This document shows positions 18,698 through 26,707 of a stretch of DNA of 64,000 nucleotides, piece by piece. Both the position numbers and the translations under genes were made by a program. Under the pieces are notes generated by a model. That model saw only the letters and a program-made list of their open reading frames with translations. It made no database searches and was not told the origin of the DNA. Where the stretch lies: NCBI GenBank assembly GCA_965279375.1, contig OZ257156.1, positions 1,376,001-1,440,000 on the forward strand. The letters are read 5' to 3'. Origin of the DNA: Gemmatimonas sp. Its GTDB lineage: Bacteria > Gemmatimonadota > Gemmatimonadetes > Gemmatimonadales > Gemmatimonadaceae. Each line of letters begins with the position of its first letter. The first letter of the stretch is position 1.

Positions 18698-18735
18698 AGC
18701 TAACCTTGCGTTGCTGGGGAACGCGAGCGTCAGGC
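18698..18735 (+). repeat. attC-like site 15, internally collapsed (38 bp)
   Basis: AGCTAAC CTTGC GTTGCTGGGGAAC GCGAGC GTCAGGC. Confidence 0.78.
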
Positions 18736-18774
18736 CTCACCCCATTCTTGAACGCATTCCTGGAGCGGGTTGCC

Positions 18775-19524
18775 TTGGACGCACGGACGCAGGAGTTCTT
18801 AACCGCGTGTGAAGTCCATTCCGTTGCGCGCCTGCGCGCCGTGCTCGCCGCGGGCTTCGACGTGCACGCCCCGATCGCTGGCCTGAGCCCGGTCACGACG
18901 CTCGTCGAGATGTACTACCGATCGAATGCCTTCGCCGAGTGCCTCGCTCTGCTGCTCGACGCCGGCGGGACCCTGGACGATCCGCGACTCGCGCCGGTGC
19001 TCCGGAATGACCCGGACCGACTCCGCGTCGCGCTCGCGGCGGATCCTGGGTTGGTGGACCATCGCACGTCGCTCCGCTGCGCGTTCACTCCGCTCGACGG
19101 GGCCACACTCTTGCACGTGGCTGCGGAGTACGGCCATGTCGAGGTGGCGGAGGTTCTTATCGCGCACGGTGCCGACGTGAATGCCCGGGCGGCGGTCGAT
19201 CGGGACGGGTTGAACGGGCAGACGCCGATCTTCCACACCGTCAATGCGCACGCCAACCACGCAGCGCCGGTACTGGCTCTGCTGTTGGCGCATGGGGCGC
19301 GGACGGACGTGTTGCTCTCGGGGATCACCTGGGGGCGCGGCTTTCCGTGGGCGACCACCTGCTTCGACGTGACACCGATCGCGTACGCGCAGCTCGGCGC
19401 CCTGCCGCAGTTTCAGCGCAACGAGGTCCATCTCGCCGCGAACGTGACGGCGATGCTCACGGCCGCCGGGCGTCCCGTCCCCGAACACCGAAACGTCCCG
19501 AACCAGTATCTGCGTGAGGAGTGA
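18775..19524 (+). CDS. Ankyrin-repeat protein
   Basis: GATLLHVAAEYGHVEVAEVLIAHGADVNA and GQTPIFH. TTG start after GGAG. Confidence 0.85.
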   Translation: MDARTQEFLTACEVHSVARLRAVLAAGFDVHAPIAGLSPVTTLVEMYYRSNAFAECLALLLDAGGTLDDPRLAPVLRNDPDRLRVALAADPGLVDHRTSLRCAFTPLDGATLLHVAAEYGHVEVAEVLIAHGADVNARAAVDRDGLNGQTPIFHTVNAHANHAAPVLALLLAHGARTDVLLSGITWGRGFPWATTCFDVTPIAYAQLGALPQFQRNEVHLAANVTAMLTAAGRPVPEHRNVPNQYLREE

Positions 19525-19525
19525 T

Positions 19526-19549
19526 GCCTAACTTTGCGTTGCGGCAGGC
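19526..19549 (+). repeat. attC-like site 16, left arm only
   Basis: GCCTAAC TTTGCGTTGCGGCAG, with the next ATG a few bases later. Confidence 0.72.
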
Positions 19550-19555
19550 AAACTA

Positions 19556-20110
19556 ATGCGTAGTCAACTTCTCTTCGTGCAGGGCGGTGGCGCCGACACG
19601 CATGACGCGTGGGACCACAGGCTCGTGCAGAGCCTGCAGACGGCGTTGGGTCCGCACTACGAGATACGCTACCCGCGCATGCCGGACGAAGCCGATCCCC
19701 ACTACGCAGCGTGGAAGGCGGCGCTGTACGAGGAGCTTCACAAGCTCCGCGATGGGGCGATCCTCGTGGGGCACTCCATCGGCGGAACGGTGCTGCTGCA
19801 TGCCCTCGCCGAGCTGAAACCCATGCGAACATTTGGGGCAATCATCCTGCTCGCGGCGCCGTTTGTGGGCGAGGGCGGGTGGCCGAGCGACGAGATGCCG
19901 TCGGCGCCGGAATTTGCGAAGACGCTGCCGTCCGACGTTCCTGTCGTGCTGTATCAGGGGCTCGCGGATGACACCGTCCCACTCACGCATCTCGATCTGT
20001 ACACGAAGGCGATCCCCACGGCCCGCGTGCATCGACTCCCGGGCCGAGATCATCAGTTCAACGACGATCTGTCAGATGTCGCCCAGATGATCCGAACCCT
20101 GGGATCTTGA
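19556..20110 (+). CDS. Alpha/beta hydrolase (YdeN/RBBP9-like)
   Basis: LVGHSIGG, DDTVP and DHQF catalytic triad motifs. Confidence 0.85.
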   Translation: MRSQLLFVQGGGADTHDAWDHRLVQSLQTALGPHYEIRYPRMPDEADPHYAAWKAALYEELHKLRDGAILVGHSIGGTVLLHALAELKPMRTFGAIILLAAPFVGEGGWPSDEMPSAPEFAKTLPSDVPVVLYQGLADDTVPLTHLDLYTKAIPTARVHRLPGRDHQFNDDLSDVAQMIRTLGS

Positions 20111-20118
20111 CGAGTTCC

Positions 20119-22782
20119 TCAACGCGCCGGCGCGAGCCCCGCCGACAGCATATTCACCAGCAGGCGTGCCGCACCGGGATGAGCCGCGTCAAGCTGCAGA
20201 TCGAGCGAGAGCGATGTGTAGATGATCGTGCCTTTGCCAAGCCGAGTCACGAGGATTCCGCCGCTGAGCGGCGTCTGTCCCGGGTCGTCGATTGCAATTG
20301 GCGCCGCGAAGCGTGGGTCGAAGGATGCAGGTACGCCGCGCGCGCGATAGCCGAACCATCGTTCGAAATCCTTCGCGGTCAGCACGTTGGGCCAGTTGAG
20401 CAGTGGTGACTTAGGCTCCAAAACGCGCACGATCGCCGCAGGATCGTTCACGCGTCGCGGTGAGTCTCCAAAGCTCACGTTGTAGTTAAAGAGTCCACTG
20501 CGCGCCACCTCATCGCCACCCGGCAGTACAACCACGGTCCCGCCATCGCGAACGAAGCTCTGCAGCCTGGGCACCACGACCGCGCCATTCTCGCCGCTCA
20601 GCGCGCCAGCGCCCACCAGGATCGTGGTGAACTGACGCAAGTTCACGACTGCCAGCAGCAGCGGCGAAAACATCTGGGCGTTCACCTTCAACTGTGATAA
20701 CGGTTCGCGCAAATCCTCGAGTCCGCGAACGTATGCCACCCTCAAGGTCGGCGGCACGCGGAGATTCACCGCCTCCAGTCGATCTTCCGCAATGCGAATG
20801 AAGTTCTGCGAGGGGATGTGAGGATAGTCTCGCACCACTACGCCAGCGCCGACTTCAGGCGGTGGGTTGGGCGACGGCTTGAGATTGGCAACCGTCTGCG
20901 CCGTTGCCGACAATACGTGTTCGCCGGTTGGCAACGACCCTTGCACCCGAAAGAACACATTGCGCGCGCCGAACGGTGGCAACGCAACCCGCCGAACGAC
21001 CGAATCGACTCGGAGTCCGGTCGGCACAATGAGTCTCACCAACAGCGTGTCGGCGGCATCGCGCGCGGAGGAGACGTAGACGCGAAACACGCGATCGATC
21101 GGTGTCGCCGCCCATTCGTATTCGGCGCTACGATCGAGCAGCACCGATGTGCGCTGCACACCAATCAACGGTCGACTGACATCACCACGCAGCATGGTTG
21201 GGGTGCGATAGCTGAGTGGTCGTACGATGATCGGGACCTCAACATCGTCCAGGGCAATCGTTGCCTTCACGCCACTCGTGGCAATGCGATCCTCGCCGCT
21301 GATCAGTCGCGGAATGACTGGACTACGCATGCTGGTGCGAAAATCGTGAACGCGCGTTCCCTCGAGCAGCCCGTAGATCTGCCACCAGAAGTACGTCGGT
21401 GCCGGCATCCGGACACTCGTCGACCACGACGCGGCGCTATCCTGTAACACGGCGATACTCGTGTCGCGGACGATCACCGAAAGCCGTCCCGAAGCAAACG
21501 TGGCAAGTCGTCGAAGGCCAACGGTACGGGTACCGCCGTTGAACAGTGTCAACGACACAGGGACTGTGTCTCCCGCAGCGACGACTTGTCGATCGACAAC
21601 GCCATCGATCACGATGCCGGCCGCGCCCAGCATGGCCTGCGTCGCGCGTTCGCGAATCGAGTTGAGCGCGACGGCGAAATCACCATGGAGGTTTGCGCAC
21701 GCCGGTACGCCGGACTCGTCGCGGCACGGAAACGCGAGACGGACCACGCTCGCGCGCCGCGCCACGCGCGCAAAGCGGACCGCAAGGTCGGCAGACGAAC
21801 CTTGCGATGCGGCGACAACCGCGTCGATTTCACTGCGCAGCGAGTCCAGCTGCGTGGTGAGCTCCGGCTGCGAGGGCATGCGGAATCTGGCGAGCGTGGT
21901 ATCGAGGCTTCCGAAGAGCGATGGACCAGTCCCCACTCGTGAGCTATCCAATCGCAAGCGACGAGTGATGACGCCGATCGGAGGCGACACCACCCCGCCT
22001 TGCGTTCGCTGGACCTTCCGAATCTCGGCGCCGACCTCGGCGAAACTTCTTCCCGTCGAGACGTCATACTCACCGACGTTGAGACTGACTGTGCCCGGCG
22101 TCGTCGCCGCGTCCGTTCGCGCATCCGCTCGCGTGAACAGTCGCGACGGCGACCAGACGGACAATCGCGACGTGCTTGCCGGAGGCATGCGCAGCGAGTC
22201 CGCCGCCAATGCGAACGCTTCCGCAGCGAGACGAGCGGTCATTCGACGAGTCGCATCGCGTTCGCCGATCTCCGACGCCAACACAATGATGACGTGCGGC
22301 CTGTAGGCACGGATGACCGACACCACGTCGCGCAGCAGCGAGTCCTTGGGCCACATCACCGCAGCAACTGAATCAGAATTGGTAAAGCCAAAGTCGTACG
22401 CGCGCGAAAAGTACTGATGCGCGTGATCGCGACCGCGCGAGCCGAGCAGTTCGGCGGTGCGGACGCTCCCCAGCGGAAACTCATTCTCGGCGCCGATCGC
22501 GTTGACGCCGCTTTCTCCGCGCGTCATCGACAGAAACGCTGTCTCGACGTGGCGGCCGAGGGACAGCCATGCGACCAGTGCATTGTCATCATCTTCGGGG
22601 CGCGTACCAATGAGCAGTACACGCGCCGACGAGCCGAGGTGTGGTGCTGCTGCTCGCCAGTCGGTTGTCGATGTCACGGACTGCGCGTACGCGGGCGGGG
22701 CAGCGACGTGCGCAGCGAGGGCGAAGGTGACAGCAAGCAGTGCTGTGCGCCGTCGCCACAAACCCTTGATGTTCAAGCTCAT
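20119..22782 (-). CDS. PIG-L/LmbE-family multidomain secreted protein with degenerate metal site
   Basis: MTRGE.G.N.IG, R..EL and YFSRAYDFGF motifs plus a C-terminal GATase-like domain. AHPDDE reads TRPEDD. Confidence 0.85.
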   Translation of the reverse strand: MSLNIKGLWRRRTALLAVTFALAAHVAAPPAYAQSVTSTTDWRAAAPHLGSSARVLLIGTRPEDDDNALVAWLSLGRHVETAFLSMTRGESGVNAIGAENEFPLGSVRTAELLGSRGRDHAHQYFSRAYDFGFTNSDSVAAVMWPKDSLLRDVVSVIRAYRPHVIIVLASEIGERDATRRMTARLAAEAFALAADSLRMPPASTSRLSVWSPSRLFTRADARTDAATTPGTVSLNVGEYDVSTGRSFAEVGAEIRKVQRTQGGVVSPPIGVITRRLRLDSSRVGTGPSLFGSLDTTLARFRMPSQPELTTQLDSLRSEIDAVVAASQGSSADLAVRFARVARRASVVRLAFPCRDESGVPACANLHGDFAVALNSIRERATQAMLGAAGIVIDGVVDRQVVAAGDTVPVSLTLFNGGTRTVGLRRLATFASGRLSVIVRDTSIAVLQDSAASWSTSVRMPAPTYFWWQIYGLLEGTRVHDFRTSMRSPVIPRLISGEDRIATSGVKATIALDDVEVPIIVRPLSYRTPTMLRGDVSRPLIGVQRTSVLLDRSAEYEWAATPIDRVFRVYVSSARDAADTLLVRLIVPTGLRVDSVVRRVALPPFGARNVFFRVQGSLPTGEHVLSATAQTVANLKPSPNPPPEVGAGVVVRDYPHIPSQNFIRIAEDRLEAVNLRVPPTLRVAYVRGLEDLREPLSQLKVNAQMFSPLLLAVVNLRQFTTILVGAGALSGENGAVVVPRLQSFVRDGGTVVVLPGGDEVARSGLFNYNVSFGDSPRRVNDPAAIVRVLEPKSPLLNWPNVLTAKDFERWFGYRARGVPASFDPRFAAPIAIDDPGQTPLSGGILVTRLGKGTIIYTSLSLDLQLDAAHPGAARLLVNMLSAGLAPAR

Positions 22783-24116
22783 TTCGGTGAGATGACCACG
22801 TCGATCGTGCGAATGGCGGAGGACGGTGTCACCGATGCGCCCTTTGTTCCAGCGATCTTGAACAGAAAGTTGATCTGCACGAGCTGCTTCACGCGCCGCG
22901 CACTGACCCGCGCGGGATTGAACTCCAGATCCGCGAGCGCGACTCGGATCGCGTCAACCAGCCGCGCATCTGTGCTGCTCAGAACCTTGAGCGTCGGAGG
23001 TTGGACGCGACCCATCGTGTCCACGACCATCTGTGCTGTCACACTGCCGCTGACCTTTTGCTGGCGCAGGTCATCCGGATACGCCGGGAGTGGGGAACCC
23101 GCCAGCAAGGTGGCTTGGGAGTCCACTTGGAATTCGCGCAGAGGTCTTTGCGGCGGCGCGCTCTGTGGTGCGTACTGCAGCGCGAGCTTGGGTACGCGCA
23201 CCGCGCTCAACTCACGCGCCAGCACGGGCGACGCGGCGAACGATGTGCAGGCGAGGCAGATCGCGCCGAATGTGATCGTGAATCGCATACGATTGGTTGG
23301 CGCTTCGGTGTGCATCACGTTGATACGCTCCTCTAGCATCGACGGGAATCCAGCGATGAATGCGGTTATGGTGGTTTGCCGCTGCTGCTGCGCCGTGAGC
23401 AACAGCAAGCGTGCATAGCGTGTCGCATCCGCGCCGGTGCGCAGCACGCGTGCATCACAATCGACTTCGATGGCGAGACGCAGCCGCTGCACGATCCACC
23501 AGACGCCCACGTTCCACGGCATGAGCGCGCGCAGCAGAGTGGCGACCAACAGCAGCGCCGGATCAGCAGCTCGTATGTGCGCTTCTTCGTGGCGCAGCAC
23601 GAGGTCGCAATCGGTCTCTGCTAAGTCGAAGGCCCAGGCTGGGAGAATGATCCGCGGTCGTACAATGCCGAATACCGCGGGCCCGATGTTTGGCGACCCA
23701 AGTACAGCACGACCGACTGCGGTCCTGACGATGGCATTGCTGCGCATCCGATGAAGCACGCCGGCCGTACGCGCGGCGCGAACGAGAAGACATGTTGTTG
23801 CGATCGCCCAGACCATCAGGAGCAGCGAGTCGAATTGCGCGAGGCGTTCGCGCCACTGTCGCCGTGCATCGATCGCGATTGGTGCGGGGTTGGTCGAGGC
23901 AGCCTGTACGCTGGTCGCCGATGTCGTTGCCGGCTCACTGCGTGCCGCGCGAAGAATCGGCGAGGCAATCGGCCACAGACTCGCGACGAGAAGCGCCACC
24001 AGCCAGATACCGCGCGACTGCTTCTGGAACAGACGCAACAATCGATCGACGGCGAATGCCGCCGCGCCCACCGTCAGCGCGAAGGCGCAGGCGCTCAACA
24101 TCCAGAGCGCAATCAT
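22779..24116 (-). CDS. M56 (BlaR1/MecR1) peptidase fused to TonB C-terminal domain
   Basis: GPAVFG..RPRIILP, HEEAH, PWN..W, EVDCD, then PAYP..L...VSGSV...VVDTMG TonB_C. Confidence 0.9.
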   Translation of the reverse strand: MIALWMLSACAFALTVGAAAFAVDRLLRLFQKQSRGIWLVALLVASLWPIASPILRAARSEPATTSATSVQAASTNPAPIAIDARRQWRERLAQFDSLLLMVWAIATTCLLVRAARTAGVLHRMRSNAIVRTAVGRAVLGSPNIGPAVFGIVRPRIILPAWAFDLAETDCDLVLRHEEAHIRAADPALLLVATLLRALMPWNVGVWWIVQRLRLAIEVDCDARVLRTGADATRYARLLLLTAQQQRQTTITAFIAGFPSMLEERINVMHTEAPTNRMRFTITFGAICLACTSFAASPVLARELSAVRVPKLALQYAPQSAPPQRPLREFQVDSQATLLAGSPLPAYPDDLRQQKVSGSVTAQMVVDTMGRVQPPTLKVLSSTDARLVDAIRVALADLEFNPARVSARRVKQLVQINFLFKIAGTKGASVTPSSAIRTIDVVISPK

Positions 24117-24496
24117 GACGTGCCCCGTTTGCGCGGAGTGCTCGCCGATATACGCGCTGCCATGGCTCGCAGGTCATCCGCGTCAATGCATTCGTCGTCG
24201 ACAAGCCGTAGCAGCAAGGCTTCGGGCGAACCGCCAAAGAAGCCGCTCAGGATGCGCCGCATGGCCGAGCGCTGTGCGGTGCGCTGAGCGATCCGGGGTG
24301 AGTATCGGTGACCTCGCCCTTCGACCACGCGCTTGAGCAGCTTCTTGCTTTCGAGCTTGCGAAGAATCGCGAGGACCGTGGTGTACGCCACGTCGGCGTC
24401 GAGCCATTCATGCACCTCGGCCACCGTCCCGCTGCCATGCTCCCAGAGCACGGCCATGACGTCCAATTCTCGACTACCGAGTGAAAGCTCGTCCAT
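24113..24496 (-). CDS. BlaI/MecI/CopY-family repressor
   Basis: RELDVMAVLWEHG, AYTTVLAILRKLESK and FFGGS motifs. Confidence 0.92.
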   Translation of the reverse strand: MDELSLGSRELDVMAVLWEHGSGTVAEVHEWLDADVAYTTVLAILRKLESKKLLKRVVEGRGHRYSPRIAQRTAQRSAMRRILSGFFGGSPEALLLRLVDDECIDADDLRAMAARISASTPRKRGTS

Positions 24497-24522
24497 GTAT
24501 GACCAGTCCGAGGCCAGTGTGA

Positions 24523-24571
24523 GCTACTACGGTGATAGTAGCACGCTATCTCCGCCTGGACGTGTCGTCAA
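24523..24571 (-). promoter_or_regulatory. Sigma70-like promoter and BlaI-type operator
   Basis: Minus-strand TTGACG (24571-24566)-N17-TAGCGT (24548-24543), directly followed by the palindrome GCTACTA-N6-TAGTAGC (24523-24542). Confidence 0.7.
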
Positions 24572-24707
24572 CTCTGGCGTTGTGGTTTCGCGCGGAGCGA
24601 CCGACGGTGCACGACGCCGTGCGGACAGGGTCGGTGGAACCGTTCGCATGGGCTCGCGTATGGCAAAAGCAGTCTGACCATCACTGAACGCACGAGAGGA
24701 GCGCGAC

Positions 24708-25187
24708 ATGAACTGGCGTCATCGCGTACGCGGCATCGCGGGCCTCGCAGGCACGTGGGGGCTGGCGCTCTCAGCGCTGGCGACGGCGTCGGTTGTCGTC
24801 GGACTCGCGCTGGGCGTGGTGCCGTCCGAGTTCTTCGGTCCTCGCGAAGTCGGTGCGATTGCCCTCCGCGGATTCGCGGCCGGAGCGATCTCGGGCGCGC
24901 TGTTCGGTTGGATCATGGCGTCGCGTGAGCGCGGCCGCCTCCTGTCTGCGCTGTCGCGTCGCCGAGTGGCGCTGTGGGGGTTCGCCGCAGCCGGGGGCGT
25001 GATTCCCGTCGCGGCCCTCGCGGTGCTCGCGACGAGTGGACTCGCGCTGCCGATGGGCGTGCTCGCGGCGGCGACCGGGCTGGCAGGCGCTGGCGGAAGT
25101 CTCTTCAGCGTCGGCCTGCTTTGGAGTGCGCAGCGCGCGCCAGACCGAGTGTTGGACCACGCGGAGGCGAAGCGCTTGAAGTCGTGA
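24708..25187 (+). CDS. Hypothetical membrane protein
   Basis: GAGGAG RBS, four hydrophobic Gly/Ala-rich helices. Confidence 0.7.
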   Translation: MNWRHRVRGIAGLAGTWGLALSALATASVVVGLALGVVPSEFFGPREVGAIALRGFAAGAISGALFGWIMASRERGRLLSALSRRRVALWGFAAAGGVIPVAALAVLATSGLALPMGVLAAATGLAGAGGSLFSVGLLWSAQRAPDRVLDHAEAKRLKS

Positions 25188-25283
25188 CCCCTCCGCCCGG
25201 GCGCCCCAGAAACGTCGAGCGCGCTGCGCACGTATGCCTGAGGTCGAGACGTACTGGCACATGACGAACCCTCCGGGCAGACG

Positions 25284-26528
25284 ATGAAGCGAGTGTTAGT
25301 GGCGGCGGTAGCGATTCTCGTGTGGACCGGTGTCGCCGGCTACGGCGCGATCGAAGGCTGGTGGCTCCGTCCGATTGCGCCCCGGGGCGATGCGCAGGCG
25401 TTCATGCAGGCTGCAACGGCGATGGCCAACGCCGAGAGCAAGGGCAATTTCGCCCTCGTCCTGATGCGCCAAGGCGCGGTGTACGCGGAGCAATACACGC
25501 CCTCGATCGATCCGGTGAATCGGGACACCCGTTTTCCCTTGGCGTCGATGAGCAAGTGGTTCACCGCCTACGCCGTGATGCAACTCGCGCAGTCCAGTCG
25601 AGTGGATCTGGATGCGCCGGTGTCGACATATCTCACGCAGTGGCAGCTCCCCGCAGGCGCGTTTGACGCCAAGCAGGTCACGATCCGTCGGCTATTGTCG
25701 CACACTGCCGGTTTGACGGATGGGCTGGGGTTTGGCGACTACCTGCCCAGCGAATCGCTGCCCTCGATTGGAGAAACGCTACGGCATCCGCGGGCGTCTT
25801 CCGACTCCGCCGTCACCATCGCGGTGGGCCGCGCGCCGGGCGGCGAGTTTCAGTACTCGGGCGGCGGCTATCTGATGCTCCAAGCGTTGCTGGAGGACGT
25901 GACCGGCACGCCCTTCGCGACGTGGATGCAGGACTCGGTCTTTCGTCCGATCGGCATGCCGCGCGCGACCTACGAGTATCTCGGCTCGCTCGACAACGTA
26001 TCGCGGTCATTCGACGCGCGCGGGGCGCTCGTTCCGACCTATCGATACGCGGCGGCCGGCGCCACCGGGCTCTCGGCGTCGGCGCGTGACCTGATCGCGT
26101 TTGCGCAGGCGCAGGCGCAGGTGGATCAGCGTGCGGGTGCGCCGCTGCGACGCGCGACCCTCGAGCGCATGCGGGAGCCACACGGCCGCCGACTGGGCCT
26201 CGAGATCTGGGGACTCGGCGTTGCACTCTACGCGCCGACGGCGAGCGGCGCGTACGTCTATGGCCACGATGGAGCGAATACGCCTGCGATCAATACGTCG
26301 ATGCGGATCAACCCGGACAACGGCGATGCGGTGATCGTGCTGGTCACGGGGCACCCGGCATTGGCCAGCGCGATCGGTTCCGAGTGGACGCTCTGGCAAA
26401 CGGGCGTGGTCGACTTCCTGTCGATCAAGCGCGCCCTCCGCTCGGCGCTGGTGCCGTGGCTCCTTGGTCTCGCGACGATGGCGGCACTGTGGACATGGCG
26501 GACGAAGCGTCGGTACCGCGCGACCTGA
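25284..26528 (+). CDS. Serine hydrolase, beta-lactamase/class C-like family
   Basis: SMSK (SxxK), LLSHTAG, YSGGGY and GHDG motifs. Confidence 0.88.
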   Translation: MKRVLVAAVAILVWTGVAGYGAIEGWWLRPIAPRGDAQAFMQAATAMANAESKGNFALVLMRQGAVYAEQYTPSIDPVNRDTRFPLASMSKWFTAYAVMQLAQSSRVDLDAPVSTYLTQWQLPAGAFDAKQVTIRRLLSHTAGLTDGLGFGDYLPSESLPSIGETLRHPRASSDSAVTIAVGRAPGGEFQYSGGGYLMLQALLEDVTGTPFATWMQDSVFRPIGMPRATYEYLGSLDNVSRSFDARGALVPTYRYAAAGATGLSASARDLIAFAQAQAQVDQRAGAPLRRATLERMREPHGRRLGLEIWGLGVALYAPTASGAYVYGHDGANTPAINTSMRINPDNGDAVIVLVTGHPALASAIGSEWTLWQTGVVDFLSIKRALRSALVPWLLGLATMAALWTWRTKRRYRAT

Positions 26529-26707
26529 AGTCGAATTGATGCGGTCGACGTAACAGCAGTTCCCCGTTCAGCTCGCGCACTGGCGAGCGCTCGTGCACGG
26601 CTTCCTATTCCGAGCGACCGCTGTCAGTGCACGCGTTGGATCGTGCGCGATGACGGACCGATTGATGTTCTGATTGCAACTTCTCTGGCACCGGAGTCGA
26701 CCGCCTC

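Larger units (their letters stand above)
222..20110 (+). mobile_element. Integron-type gene cassette array (attC cluster; no intI/attI in window, possibly CALIN or distal part of a sedentary chromosomal integron)
   Basis: 16 copies of the NNCTAAC-CTTGC-GTTGC left arm and one right-arm remnant separate co-oriented unrelated ORFs. Full sites are 110-119 bp and end in GTTRRRY or a variant. Stop codons fall in TAAC. Cassette ends are complementary. Confidence 0.88.

Noticed and set aside
1745..18774. ORF-track starts at 1745, 5411, 6186, 8103, 12898, 12902, 16800 and 18667
   Set aside because: These N-terminal extensions run through attC sequence. Downstream starts with an RBS or family-consistent N-termini were used instead.
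222..19549. Repeats interpreted as a CRISPR array, REP/BIME elements or MITEs
   Set aside because: Spacing is gene-sized (0.6-2.5 kb), copies are diverged and all in one orientation, and there are no cas genes or target-site duplications. The RYYYAAC/GTTRRRY boxes and cassette-end pairing fit attC.
25284..26528. Calling the serine hydrolase a true beta-lactamase regulated by the nearby BlaI/M56
   Set aside because: SxxK-family esterases and peptidases share these motifs, and the gene is not adjacent to the operator. The link is unsupported.
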